Below, in pieces: positions 13,759 through 27,616 of a stretch of 64,000 bases of DNA; position 1 is the stretch's first letter, and each line of letters opens with the position of its first letter. A program made the position numbers and the translations under genes. The notes under the pieces are model-generated. The model searched no databases. It saw only the letters and a program-made list of their open reading frames with translations, and was not told where the DNA came from. This stretch comes from Sphyrna mokarran (Eukaryota), in contig JAGIQG010000006.1 in the NCBI GenBank assembly GCA_024679065.1, forward strand, positions 8,060,001 through 8,124,000, written 5' to 3'.

Positions 13759-14088
13759 GGGTGGCACAGTGCCACAATGGTTAGAATAGTTGTCTCATAG
13801 CTCCAGGGACTTGGGTTTGATACCTGACTTGGGTCACTGTCTGCACAGTTTGCATGTTCTCCTCATGTCTGCGTGGGTTTCCGGGTGCTCTGGTTTCCTC
13901 CCACAGTCCAGATGTGTGGGTTAAGTGGATTGGCTATGCTGAATTACCCCTTAATGTCCTGGAATGCATAGGTTAGAATGATTAGCAGGGTAAATTTGTG
14001 GGATAACAGGGATAGGGCCTGAGTGGGATTGGTGTCAGTGCAAACTAGATGGACAGATGGCCTCCTTCCGCACTATATGGATTCTATG
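13759..14088 (+). mobile_element. HE1-like tRNA-derived V-SINE inserted in an older SINE
   Basis: A/B-box-like head, central gtttgcatgttctcc..tgggtttcc domain, CR1-like tail ending ATTCTATG. Confidence 0.8.
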
Positions 14089-14479
14089 TCCTGGGAACTT
14101 TGATCTCTCAAACAATGTCACGGAAACAGACAATCTGATTATTATCACTGCTGCTTTTAGGATATTACAGAATATATAAATTGTGTCTGTGTTTCTTAGC
14201 TTACTATAGTGACTCAATTCGAAAATAATGCATTGGCTGTGAAGTCATTTGAGGTTTCCTGAGATTGTGAAAGACACAATGTAAAGACAAGGATTTTCTT
14301 TTACATAAAGACTATTCATCAAGATAGAACTTTACTACAAGAGGAATTCTGTCTTTGACAAACAATGGTTAATGATTCAGCACAAACTGCAATCTTACTT
14401 TGCCAGCTGCTCTATCGCTTTGGCCATTGTGGTACCTCTGTCTGCCTCTCCTTCCTCCTTAGCTCGATTTCTTAGAGGG

Positions 14480-14800
14480 ATTTGGTGGATAGTGGCATTG
14501 TCAATGGGCCAGTAATCGAGGGACTTAAGTTTGAATCCCACCACGTCAAATGGTAAAATTTGAATTCAATAAAAACAATTTTGCAATTAAAATTCTAATG
14601 ATGACTATGAAACTATTGTTGAAACCATCTGGTTCACTAATGTCCTTTAGGGAGGGAAATCTGCCCCTTTACCTAGTCTGATCCACATGTGACTCCAGAC
14701 CCACAGCAATGCGGTTGCTTCTGAACTGCCCTGGCCTGGCACTTAGTTAAAGGGCAATTTGGCCAGCCAGTGATGCCCATGTCCTGAACAAATAAAAAGA
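14480..14800 (+). mobile_element. Older SINE-like repeat; inverted relatives at ~16200-16500 and ~62880-63130
   Basis: tRNA-like head (gtttgaatccca) and a shared core gaaatctgcc..acatgtgactccaga. Confidence 0.55.
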
Positions 14801-16613
14801 AGCTGCCCTAAGCTTTCCTGGACTGTCAAGTTGTGAGGACACAATAGGCTGCTACAGTCAATGACACCACTGACAGGCAGACACTGAAGGTGCTCCCCGC
14901 CCCCTCACCTTCCAAATTGTCCCCTTCCTGCCCCCAAACTCCTACAATGAACTTCCAAAACTGAATACAGTAAAATGGTTTGTTCCTCGTCAGTCCCACT
15001 TTCACATAATCAGGATTAGCTGTTAGCTTCTTGCAGCCATCTCTCCAGCTTCAGCCTCTCACTATACTGTAGCCCTTTGGCACTACTTTCTGAATTCCCG
15101 TCTCCCCTCTTGCACCTTTTGTGAGACGCTGACACCCATATCACTTGTGAGATCAGGCAGGAGCTTTCTAATTCCCGGGTACACAATCGTTCAGAAAGAT
15201 GGTCAAATTGGCAAAGGGGAAATGTGGTGGTTGTGGGGGGGTGCATGCTGGGGCCTGATGGTAAAGAATGACAAAAAGATGTTCCAGCCCCTCCGCAGCA
15301 GGTTTTCCAGTGGTGGAGGCAGGCTACAATTTGCCAGTGGGTTCCTGATAGGCTGTGCGAATGTATCTTTCTCTGAGAATTCAAAGTTGCTTGCTGTTTG
15401 GAAGCTGCAGAGGGAGAAATCCTTTTCTGTCTCTGAAGTCAACTGCTAAGATACGACAAATCCCCAGAGCCTAGTGGCCTATCCAGTCCCAGTTCTACCT
15501 ATGGTTCTAAACAAGAAAGCTACAGGGATGGCTGATATGCTGGCTGCAATTTTCCAGGATTCATTGGATTTGGAATTAGTACCATCAGATTGGAAGTTGA
15601 GAAATGTTGCTCCACTTTTCAAAAAAGGGGAAAACGAGAAAATGGGGAATTATAGGCAAGTTAGCCTAATATCATTTGTTGGGAAACTGCTGGAATATAT
15701 TATTAAAGAAATGTTAACAATGCACAAAGGAAAGCATTGTATGATTAGAACAAGTCAACACAGTATTACTAAATTGACTTTAAGCTTAACCAAATTATTG
15801 GAGATTTCTGAGCATGTAACTAATAAGATAAATAAAGGAGAGCCATATTTGGATTTCCAAAAGGCTTTTGTCTAGGTATTACACAAAAGGTTAGTAAGTG
15901 CTCATAGACTTGAGGGTAATATATTAGCACGGAAAGAGGATTGGTCAATGGATCGAAAACAGAGAGTGAACATAAATAGGGAAATTGCAAGTTGGCAGGC
16001 AGTGACTAGTGGGTGCTACAGGGTCAGTGATGGGGCTCAGCCATTTACAAGCTTTGATAAAGAGACAAAGAGTAATGTATTCAAGTTTGTGGATGATACC
16101 TAGCTAGGTGGAAAGTTAAGCCATGAGGAGGACACACAGAGGCAAAGAGATATAGATAGATTAAGTGAGTGAGCAACAAGGTAATAGATGCAGTTTAATT
16201 ATTTTTTATTTGTTCATGGAATGTGGGCGTCACTGCTGGGACAGTAGCTTTTGCTCATCCCTAAGACCAATTAAGAATCAACCACATTGCTGTGGCTCTG
16301 GAGTCACATGTAGGCTCGACCATGTAAAGACAACAGATTTCCTTCCTTAAAGGACATTAATGAACCAGTTGGGTTTTTTATGACAATCAGCAGTAATTAA
16401 ATTTTTTTTATCGAATATGAATTTCACACTCTGCCATGATGGCATTCGAACCCAGTCCCTGGAGCATTACCCTGGATTTCTGTGACAATATCATGCATCA
16501 CTTCCTCCTTCAATGGAGGGAAGTGGAAGTTTTTCACTTTGGTCAAAAGAATGTAAGAGCTGAATATTTTTTAAAAGGTGAGACATTTATAAATGTTGAT
16601 GTTCAGAGAGACT

Positions 16614-16812
16614 TAGAACATAGAACATAGAACATTACAGCGCAGAACAGGCCCTTCAGCCTTCGATGTTGCGCCGACCAATTATGAAAAAAGCAATGCC
16701 CCTCCAAACTAAACCATTCCCTTCTCCTCCATAAACTTATCAACTAACCTCTTAAACGCCACCAAACTTGGTGCATCTACAACTGCCGCAGGCAGGGCAT
16801 TCCACTCCCTAA
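16614..16812 (-). mobile_element. CR1 family A, ~200-bp 3' stub
   Basis: Family A 3'UTR and tail. Confidence 0.92.
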
Positions 16813-17002
16813 CACCCTTGGGTGTGATTGTACAAATAATAAGGAAAGTTAAAGTACAGGTGCAGCAAGCATTTGGGAAGGCAAATGGTGTGTTGTTTTT
16901 TATTGTAAAGGGATTGGAGTACAAGTTTTGTTACAATTGTACAGAGTTTTGGTGAGATCAGACTTGGAATAGTGGGCCAAATTCTCCAACCTTGCATGCA
17001 GC

Positions 17003-18150
17003 TGGGATTTCCAGAAGGCGTTCGATAAGGTGCCTCACAAAAGGTTGCTGCAGAAGGTTAGGGTGCACGGAATTGCGGGTAAGGTGTTAGCGTGGATTGA
17101 GGATCAGTTGTCTAGCAGGAAGCAGAGAGTTGGGATCAATGGGTGTTTTTCTGGTTGGCAGTTGGTGACTAGTGAAATGCCACAGGGATCGGTGCTGGGG
17201 CCTCAACTGTTTACCATTTACGTAGATGATATGGAGGAAGGGGCTGAGTGTAGGGTAACAAAATTTGTTGATGACTCAAAGACAAGTGGAAAAGCAAATT
17301 GTTGTGGAAGGTGTGGGAAGTCAGCAGAGAGATCTGGATAGATTGAGTGGGCGAGGACCTGGCAGATGGAGTATAACGTTAGCAAATGTGAGGTTATCCA
17401 CTTTGGTAGAAATAATAGTAGGAGAGATTATTATTTAACGGATGAAAAGCTGCAGCATACTACAGTGCAGAGGGACTTGGGGGCCCTTGTGCACGAATTG
17501 CAAAAACCCAGTCTGCAGGTGCAGCAGATGATCAAGAAGGCGAATGGGATGTTGGCCTTTATAGCGAGGGGGATAGAATATAAAAGCAGGGAGATCTTGC
17601 TGCAACTGTACAAGGGACTGGTGAGGTTGCAACTGGAGTACTGTGTGCAGTTTTGATCCTGGTATTTGCGAAAGGATATATTGGCCTTGGAGGGAGTACA
17701 GAGAAGGTTCACCAGGCTGATACTGGAGATGAGGGGGTTAGCTTATAAGGACAGATTGAATAGACTGGGTATGTACTCGTTAGAGTTTAGAAGGCTGAGG
17801 GGGGATCGTATAGAGACTTACAAGATAATGAAGGGGCTAGATAGGGTAAAGGTAGAGAGATTCTTTCCGTTTGGAAGGATAGCAGGACTAGACAGCACAG
17901 CCTCAAAATAAGGAGAGGGCAGTTTAGAATAGAGTTGAGGAGGAACTTCTTCTCTCAGAGGGTGGTGAATCTCTGGAATATATTTAAGTCACGGTAGATA
18001 GATTTCTGATAGACAAGGGAATTAAGGGTTATGGGGAGAAAGCGGGAAAGTGGAACTGATCCACTTCAGATCAGCCATGATCTTATTGAATGGCGGGGCA
18101 GGCTCGAGGGGCTGGATGGCCAACTCCTGCTCCTATTTCTTATGTTCTTA
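17003..18150 (+). mobile_element. CR1 family E 3' fragment
   Basis: RT ORFs 17030-17911. The 3'UTR matches 32759-32940 in reverse. Confidence 0.9.
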
Positions 18151-19494
18151 TTCTTTGGTTCTGCTGCAGTGAATGGAGTGGAGCATAAATGGCTAAAGAA
18201 CTCCAGCCACTGTGTACAGTTTTGGTCTCCCTATATAAAAAAGGATATACGTGCCATAGAGACGGGACAATGAACTTTCACTAGATATGTCCGTTGGGGT
18301 GAGGGGAGTGTGCTATGTTGAGAGGCTAGTAAATTGGATCTATTTTCTCTGGAGTTTAGAAGAATGAGAAATGATCTCATTGAAATTGACAAGATTCTGA
18401 AAAGAGTCTGATGGCGTAGACACAGAGATTGTTTCTGCTGGTCAGCAAATCAGAGCAAAGGACAATACAGTGGAGGAGCTGGCCATTCGGCCCATCAAGC
18501 CTGCATCAATAATGACTTCTATCTCTCTGTTCATCTCCCAGTCATGTGTCTATCAAGATCCTGCCTAAATTTGCTACTGTGCCTGCTTCCACTACCTCCA
18601 CTGGCAGTGCATTCCAAATATCCACAACTCTATGTGTGAAAAACCTTCCCTGCTCATGTCCCCTAAACTTTCCTTAGGAAAAAGCCTCTGACTGTCCCCC
18701 TTAGCTATGCCTCTCATAATTTTGTAGATTTCTATCAAGTTGCCCCACGGTCTCCATGTTTCAAGTGAAAATAATCAGAGTTTATCCGATTATCAGAGTA
18801 CAGCACAGGACAGGCCCTTCAGCGCAGCAAGCTTCTGCTGATCACCTTGCCCTATCTTGAGCAACTGCCTATATCCTTCTATTCCCCACCTGTTCATGTG
18901 TCTATTCAGATAAGTCTTAAGTGTTGCTAACGTGCCTGCCTCAACCATCTCACTTGGTAGTGCATTCCAGGCCTTCTGTGTAAAAAAACTTGCCCTGCAC
19001 ATCTCAACTGAACCTTTCCCTCATTATTTTGAGCTTGTGCCCCTTGTACTTGTCATTTCTGCCCTGGGAAAAAGCTTCCAACTGTTTACCTTTCTAAGCC
19101 TCTCAAAATTTTATAAACTTCCCTCCAGTCATCCATCAGTCTCTGTCTTTCAAGGGAGAACAATCCCATTTTATTCAATCTCTCCTCATAGCTTATTTCC
19201 TCTATACCAGACAATATCGCAGTAAACCTTTTCTCTATTCCCTCCAAAGCCTTCACATCCTTCTGACATTGTGACGACCAGAATTGGACACAGTATTTCA
19301 AATGTGGCCTCACCAACATTTTGTAAAACTGTAACATAATTTGCCAATTTTATACTCAATGCCTCAGCTGATGAAGTCGAGCATGCCAAATGCTTTCTTC
19401 ACCACTTTTCCACCTGTGCTGGTACTTTTAATGATTGTGAACCTGTAATCCCAGATCTCTCCGTGTCTATGTTCCATTTATTTCATAGCTTCCA

Positions 19495-20068
19495 TCTGAA
19501 GATGGGAGCAGGCACGCTAGGGTTGTTTAAGGGTCTCTTGGACAGCCACATGAGCGGTCTGCAGATAGAGGGATATAGCAGGACTGTCTAAATATCTTAT
19601 TTGTTTCCACAGGCAATTCGGTCCACCTTGTTGACCAACAAGGTGCATGCATTCGGCAGGTCGTGCGAGGGCTGCTCTTGGATGTTGCTTCAGGAGTGGC
19701 CTTGTGCTTCAAATCGTTAGTGTATGCTTAAACTGGACCATCTGATGGGCAACATGACAGCTCAGAGACTATCGCTGTTGCTGTGCAGACACATAGATTT
19801 GTGCCTGTGTCTGCGGGAGTTTGCGCATTCTCCCCGTGGTTGCATGGGTTTTCTCCGGGTGCTTCGGTTTCCTCCCACATCCCAAAAATGAGCTCTTAGG
19901 CTGATTGGGTAACAAATTGTCCCTATATTGGTCCCTATATGGGAATCTTCCACAATAGGCATAGCCTAAAGTCACGGATATGTCATTAAGACGTTAGGAT
20001 GGCGGCGCGGGCTCACTGGGCCGAAGGGCCTGTTTCCCGTGCTGTGTTGCTCTTTGTTCTTGTTCTTT
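19495..20068 (+). mobile_element. Diverged CR1 family B 3' end (structured UTR + SINE body)
   Basis: Same module order as the other B copies with many substitutions, and a TTCTTTG tail. Confidence 0.85.
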
Positions 20069-20103
20069 GAATTGGATCTACCAAAATGCATTACCTCGCA
20101 TTT

Positions 20104-20462
20104 AGAACATAGAACATAGAACATTACAGCGCAGAACAGGCCCTTCGGCCTTCGATGTTGCGCCGTCCAATTAGGAACAAGCAGTGACCCTCTAACCTAA
20201 ACCATTCCCCTTTCATCCATAAACTTATCTACTAACCTCTTAAACGCCACCGAACTTGGCGCATCTACAACTGATACAGGCAAGGTATTCCATGCCCTTA
20301 CCACCCTCTGGGTAAAGAACCTACCTCTGACATCTGTCCTAAAACCACCACCCCTTAATTTAAAGCTATGTCCCCTCGTGCTAGTTTTCTCCATCCTAGG
20401 AAAAAGGCTATCACTGTCCACTCTATCTAAACCTCCAATCATCTTATATGTTTCAATAAGGT
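20104..20462 (-). mobile_element. CR1 family A 3' stub
   Basis: ORF 20197-20442 and tail. ATTT flanks both sides. Confidence 0.93.
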
Positions 20463-21326
20463 AAATTTGTCTGTATTAAATTCCATCTATCATTTCTCCA
20501 CCCAGTTTTCCAGCCCAACTATATCCTGCTGCATGCTCTGACAATCTTCATCACTATCTGCAACTCCAGTGTCATCCACAAACTTTCTAATCAGGCCAGC
20601 TACATTTTCTTCCAAGTCATTTATACATACTACAAACAACAGAGATCCAGCACTGATTCCTGCAGAACACCACCAGTTACAGACCTCCTTTCAGAAAAAC
20701 ATCCTTTCACCGCTACCCTCTGTCTTCTGAAGAGCTGGCCAGCCAGTTCTGAATCCGTCCAGCTAGATCACCCTGATTGCGTGTGATTTCACCTGTTACA
20801 CCAGCCTGCAATGAGGGACCTTGTCAAATACTTTACTAAAATCCGTATAGATAATATCCATGGGCTTCCCTTGTCAATCATTTTTGTCACCTCCTCAAAA
20901 AACTTAATCAAATTAGCAAAAATGTTTTCCCTCACACAAAACCATGCTATCTGTCACTAATAAGATCATTTTTAAATGTGTATAGATCCTATCCCTAGTA
21001 ATCTTCTCCAACAATTTCACTATCACTGACGTTAAGCTCACTGCCCTATAATTACCCAGGTTATCCTTGTTACTTTTCTTAATGGGTCCTCTTTTTATCG
21101 TCTCTGCTGCAAAGGGAATAAGCCCAATGTCTCTAATCTTTCCTTGTATCTAAAATTCCTCATTTATGGTATCATTCCAGTAGGGTTTTAATGAACTTCC
21201 TTAAATAAGGTGCCCAGAACAGAACACAGTACGCCAATGTGATCTGATCAATAATTTGAAGAAGAGTAGCATCATTTCCTTACTTTTCATACTCTATACC
21301 TCTACTTATAAACCCAAGGATCCTAT

Positions 21327-22140
21327 AGACAGAATACAAGAATGAGATAGAGAATCTGGTGAACTGGTGCGACAACAATCATCTTTCCCCCAATATCAAC
21401 AAAATGAAGGAGATTGTCATTAACTTCAGGAACTGTAAAAAGGAGAACATGCCCCTGTCTACATCAATGGGGATGAAGTAGAAAGGGTCAAGAGCTTCAA
21501 CTTTTTAAGTGTCCAGATCACCAACAACCTGTCCTGATCCCCCCATGCTGATACTATAGTTAAGAAAACCCACCAACACCTCTATTTTCTCAGAAGACTA
21601 AGGAAATTTGGCACGTCAGCTATGATTCATCAATTTTTAGAGATGTACCATAGAAAGCATTCTTTCTACTTGTATCAAAGTTTGGTATGTCTCCTGTTCT
21701 GCCCAAGACCATAAGGAACTACAAAAGATCATGAATGTAGCCCAATCCATCACACAAACCAGTCTCCCATCCATTGACCCTATCATCACTTCCCGCTGCC
21801 TCGGCAAAGCAGCCAGCATAATTAAAGAACCCGCACACCCTGGACGTTCTCTCTTCTGCTTCCTTCCTTCAGGATAAAGATGCAAAATTCTGGGGTCATG
21901 TACCAACTGACTCAAGAACAGCTTCTTCCCTGCTGCTGTCAGAGTTTTGAATGGACTTAGCACGCATTAAGTTGATCTTTCTCTACGTCCTAGTATGACT
22001 GTAACATTACATTCTGCACTCTCTTGTTTTCTTCCCTATGAATGATGTGTTTTGTCTGTATAGCGCACAAGAAACAACACTTTTCATTGCATATTAATAC
22101 GTGACAATAATAAATAAATAAATAAAATCAAGTCAAATCA
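21327..22140 (+). mobile_element. Rex1/Babar-type LINE 3' fragment with (AAAT)n tail
   Basis: Homologous to 9920-10190 and ends in aataataaataaataaat. Confidence 0.8.
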
Positions 22141-22816
22141 ACTTCTCTACCTGGAGTGCTGCTAGCCTTTTCAGTGGGTTTCCAAAGAACACACTTTGAA
22201 ACCTTCTCCATAAAAGGTTTTCTTTCAGATACCATCACCAAGGATCCATCTTTAGGATTTTGATCTTCCTCAATTGCTCAACATCACATTTTCAATTGGA
22301 CCATTGTCACACTTTGTTTTGACCTGTCTATTTTGTGTTATACTTATCTCTGTATCTCTGTGGCTTTTTCATGATTCTTCCAATGAATGATCTGAATGGT
22401 GACAGAGATGGTTTTGAAGGACAAGAGGTCTGCTCCAGTTCTGTGTCACTTGGATAGTTTGCGGACCTGTCAGTCTTTGGTTATCTATGGATTCAGTGGT
22501 GATTCTGATTTTTGATCTTCAGCTGCACTTTCTGTTACAGAGCAGAGTCACATTTCATTTGAACAAAAATATTAAGCTATTGTTTAGCAACAAAGAGCCT
22601 ACTCTGAAAAGCAAAAGCACTTGAGATTTAGATGGAACCAGATATCTGAGAAGAAAGCAGTTCTCACTGAACCTACTAACAGAGGCAACTGGAGTAAGGA
22701 ATGAAAAGGAAATCCCAAAAGCTAAAGAACAGATAGATCTTGAAACCAGGGATTGAAAAGAGAAGTTCCGAAGAGGGAAATCAAAGGGATAAAGAACTGG
22801 AATCTGAAAGAGTACT

Positions 22817-23140
22817 CATAGAATCCTTACGGTGCAGAAGAGGCCATTCAGCCCATCGGGTCTGCACCGACTCTCTGACAGGGTGTCTTACCTATGCCCT
22901 CTCTGAGCCCCCCCCCCCAATACCCCCAATCTCCATAACCCAACACATTTCCCATGGCTGATCTATCTTGGGACACCATGAGGCAATTTAGCATAGCCAA
23001 TCCATCTAATCTACTCACCTTTGAACCATGAGAGAAAACCAGAGCATCCGAAGGAAACCAACACGGACACAGTGGCAACTGAAGCTGGAACCCTGGAGCT
23101 GTGAGGCAGCAGTGCTAACCATTGAGCCATCGTGTCACCC
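22817..23140 (-). mobile_element. HE1-like V-SINE
   Basis: catagaatc tail and ctgtgaggcagcagtgctaacca head in reverse. Confidence 0.8.
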
Positions 23141-25018
23141 TGATTACTGAAGTTAAAGAAAATGGTAGAAAGAGGCTCCCAGTTAAAGGCAGAGCTGAAA
23201 GCTGCAGACCTGGTGAAGTTGGCCAGAGGGAAGCCAGATATCCAAAGTAATCCTAAGATTGATGACACCTTAATACAGCCTGTGAAAGAGTGATGTTCTG
23301 TTGATATGGTTGGGTCCCACCTCTTACTAGTTTACCCTCACAGCTTATCTCTTTCCTTTTTATTTGTTTTGTTATCTTTTGTTGTTTTTTTAAAACTTTC
23401 CCAATCTTCTGGCTTACTGTCGATCTTTGCCATTTTGTATGTTTTTTTTCAGTTGAATACTAATCTGAACTTCCTTGGTTCATTATAGTTACTTTATCCC
23501 CTATCTCGAATCCTGCTTCCTCATTGGGATCGATCTCTGTTGTGAGTCATGAACTATTTTCATAAATGTCTGCCAATGTTGATCAAGCACCTTTTCTGCT
23601 AAACTCCTCTCCTCGTTCACTCCAGACAATTCTGCCTTCATTCCTTTGCGATTACTCTTATTTACATTTTGCACAGTTGGGGGCAATTCTCCCAGAAGTG
23701 CTGAATTGATGGGAAAATTGCTCACAATCACGAGCTTTTTTTTCAGTTTAACTCCACACTCAAATCTCTGCACTCTCTGTGCAGTTCAGAGGTTCCGAAT
23801 GTGAATTTCATTAAAAAGCCAGGGGGCGGGGTATTCATTGCCGGAGTCTGAGATCTCTGAAACTCTGCATACGTGCAGTGGCCCCGATCTGTCAGATTCC
23901 CCGTATGCTGGCCAGCCTGGGGGACCCCTCAATGCTGCCCCTCCAATGTCTTCACTGGTCTCCAGCTCTGAGAGATGTGCATGTGTTCCCGGAACATGGA
24001 GAAATCCCGGAAAAGGCCAATGATGCGTATCTCCCAGCCCGACCCACCAGAAAAGTTGTGGGTCATGATGTCCCCATTGTTTCTGAGCCAAGTTTCTGAC
24101 TCTCGAACTGAATGTTAAATTTTACCATGTTATGGGCACTGTTTCTTAGGGGATCTTTCATTCTGTGATAGCTTATTAAACCTGCCTCATTGCACATCAT
24201 TGAATCCAAAATCTCTGGTTGGATCCACAATACATTGTTCTAGGAAACTGTCCCAAATACACTATGAATAAGAACTCTGCTAATTTGATTTTCCCAATCC
24301 ACATAAAGATTAAAATGCCATGCAACTTAACTAATAGATTATCACTTATTAAACAGCCACCTCCTGTAAAATCTACTTAATAAAAGCAGAAATTCTTTGT
24401 TGATTTCATTGGACCACTTACCCCAGCATTGGATTACAAACATGTTCTGGTTTTGTTCATCTATTTATTTCCTTCCGCTGGCTGGCCTTCACGAAACTAT
24501 TTCAGGAAACAAATTAGTCAGTGCTTTTACTGACATTGTTACAGTAGATAGAGGTTTACAGCATGGAAACAGGCCCTTCAGCCCAATTTATCCATGCCGC
24601 TCTTTTTTTAATTCCTAAGCTAGTCCCAATTGCTTGCGTTTGGCTCACATCCCTCTATATCCATCTTACCATGTAACGGTCTAAATATCTAAAGGACAGA
24701 ATTGTACTTGGCTCTACTACTACTTCTGACAGCTTGTTCCAGATACTCACTACCCTCTGTGTAAAGAAATTGCCCCTCTGGACACTTTTGTATTTCTCCC
24801 CTCTTATCTTAAACCTATGCCCTCCAGTTTTAGACTCCCTTACCTTTGGGAAAAGATATTGATTATCTAGCTGGTCTGTGCCCCTCATTATTTTGTAGAC
24901 CTCTACAAGATCATCCCTCTACGTTCTTCTACGCTCCAGAGAAAAAAGTCCCAGTCTGTCCAGCCTCTCCCTATAAATCAAACCACCAAGTCCCAATAGC
25001 ATCCTAGTAATTCTTTTC

Positions 25019-27616
25019 TGGGCTGAGATTAGAAACAGGAGAGGAGAGGTCACCCTGTTGGGAGTCTTTTACAGACCTCCTAATAGTTCTAGAGAGGTTG
25101 AGGAAAGGATTGCGAAGTCAATTCTGATTAGGAGTGAAAGTAGTAGGGTAATTGTGATGGGGGACTTTAACTTTGCTAATATTGATTGGAATAGCTATAG
25201 CTCTAGCTCGTTAGAGGGGTCAGTTTTCGTACAGAGTGTGCAGGAAGGTTTTTTGACTCAGTATGTAGATAGGCCAACTAGAGGTGAGGCTACATTGGAT
25301 TTGGTGCTGGGCAATGAGCCAGACCAGGTGTTAGGCTTGGAAGTTAGTGAACATTTTGGTGATAGTGACCACAATTCGGTTACGTTCACCTTAGTGATGG
25401 ACAGGGATAGGCATGAAGCTGGGGGCAGTAGTTATAGCTGGGGGAAGGGTAATTATGAGGCCATCAGGAGAGAATTAGGGTGCATAGATTGGACTAGGAA
25501 ACTACAGGGACTGGGAACATCTGGAATGTGGTGCTTATTCAAGGAGCAGCTGCTGCGAGTCCTTGATAAGTATGTCCCTGTCAGGCAGGGAGGAAATGGA
25601 CGAGTAAGAGAGCCTTGGTGTACGAAAAGAGTTGATTTGCTGGTTAAGAAGAAAAAGGAGGCTTATGTCAGGATGAGGCTTGAAGGCTCAGTAGTGCAAT
25701 GGATAGCTATAGATTAGCTAGGAAGGAGGTAAAAAGTGAATTGAGGAGAGCTAAGAGGGGACACGAGAAGATGTTGGCTGATAGGATTAAGGAGAATCCT
25801 AAAGCTTTCTTTCGATATGTTAAGAATAGAAGATTGGTTAGGGCAAGATTAGGGCCAGTCATAGACAGCAGTGGGAAGTTGTGCGTGGAGCCTGAAGAGA
25901 TTGGTGAGGCACTGAATAAATATTTCTCTTCGGTATTCACGCAGAGTGCTGGAAATGTAGCTGTGGAGAGCACTGAGGTACAGGGTTGCAAATTGGGGAG
26001 TATTGTAGTAGATAGGGAGGATGTGTTAGAAATTCTCGAGGGTTTGAAGTTGGATAAGTCCCCTGGGCCGGACGGGATTTACCCTAGGATTCTCTGGGAG
26101 GCAAGAGAGGAGATTGCAGAGCCTCTGGCTCTGATCTTCAGGTCCTCGTTGGTTACGGGTGTGGTTCCGGAGGACTGGAGGATGGCGAATGTGGTCCCAT
26201 TGTTTAAGAAGGGGAAGAGAGACCTTCCTGGGAATTATAGGCCAGTGAGTCTTACTTCTGTGGTGGGCAAGGTATTGGAGAGAATTATTAGGGATAGGAT
26301 TTATAGTTATTTAGAGAGAAATGAATTGATTGGGGATAGTCAGCATGGTTTTGTGAAGGGTAAGTCATGCCTTACTAACCTCATTGAGTTTTTTGAGAAA
26401 GTGACCAGAGAGGTGATGGGGGTAAGGCGGTTGATGTAGTATATATGACTTTAGTAAGGCGTTTGATAAGGTGGCCCATGGAAGACTTCTACAGAAAATG
26501 CAGATGTGTGGAATAGAGGGTGATTTAGCTAATTGGATTAGGAATTGGCTGGCAGATAGAAGACAGAGGGTGGTGGTTGATGGGAGATATTCATCGTGGA
26601 GTTCGGTGACAAGTGGTGTGCCTCAGGGGTCTGTTTTGGGGCCCCTGCTGTTTGTAATTTTTATAAATGATCTGGATGAGGGTATTGAGGGATGGATCAG
26701 TAAATTTGCAGATGACACTAAAGTTGGTGGAGTGGTAGATAGTGAAGAGGGGTGTTATAGTTTACAGAGTGACTTGGACAAGTTGCAGAGCTGGGCCGAG
26801 AGGTGGCAAATGGAGTTTAATGTGGAAAAGTGTGAGGTAATGCACTTTGGCAGGAACAATAAATGTGTAGAGTATAGGGCTAATGGTAGGGCTCTTAATA
26901 GTGTTGAGGAACAGAAGGATCTTGGTGTATGTGTCAATAGATCCCTGAAAGTAGGCAGTCAAGTGGATAAAGTTGTTAAGAAGGCATATGGAGTCTTAGC
27001 TTTTATTGGTAGGGGGATTGAATTTAGGAGCCGCAGCATCATGTTGCAACTGTACAAAACTCTAGTGCGGCCGCACTTGGAGTATTGTGTGCAGTTCTGG
27101 TCCCCACATTATAAGAAAGATGTGGAGGCATTGGAGAGGGTACAGAGGAGGTTTACCAGGATGTTGCCTGGTATGGAGGGCAGGTCCTATGAAGAGAGGT
27201 TGAAGGATTTGAGGTTGTTTTCGTTAGAAAGGAGGCGGCTAAGGGGGGATCTTATTGAAGCATATAAGATAATTAGAGGTTTGGATAGGGTGGACAGTGA
27301 TAGCCTTTTTCCTAGGATGGAGAAAGCTAGCACGAGGGGACACAGCTTTAAATTAAGGGGTATGAGTTATAGGACGGATATCAGAGGTAGGTTCTTTACT
27401 CAAAGAGTGATTAGGGAGTGGAATGCCCTGCCTGCAGCTGTTGTAGATGCGCCAAGTTTGGTGGCGTTTAAGAGGTTAGTTGATAAGTATATGGATGAGA
27501 AGGGAATGGTTTAGTTAGGAGGGGCATTGCTTTTTATTTTGGTCGGCACAACATCGAAGGCCGAAGGGCCTGTTCTGTGCTGTATTGTTCTATGTTCTAT
27601 GTTCTATGTTCTATGT
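25019..27616 (+). mobile_element. CR1 family A, 5'-truncated in the EN domain; ORF2 broken by a few 1-nt indels
   Basis: ORFs of 219, 246 and 347 aa, with a (TTCTATG)n tail. Confidence 0.97.

Larger units (their letters stand above)
15450..18450 (+). mobile_element. Old degenerate CR1 ORF2 hosting several nested insertions
   Basis: ORF 15474-15875 (DWK..PLFKKG..NYR..DFQKAF), with fragments resuming at ~16510, ~16815 and ~18165. Confidence 0.75.
18455..21080 (-). mobile_element. Degenerate CR1 fragments interrupted by family B and family A 3' ends
   Basis: ORFs 18793-19002 and 19086-19337, with the RT continuing at 20463-21080. Confidence 0.75.

Noticed and set aside
13759-13835. tRNA genes at SINE heads
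   Set aside because: Degenerate boxes with no cloverleaf, followed by a SINE body and tail.
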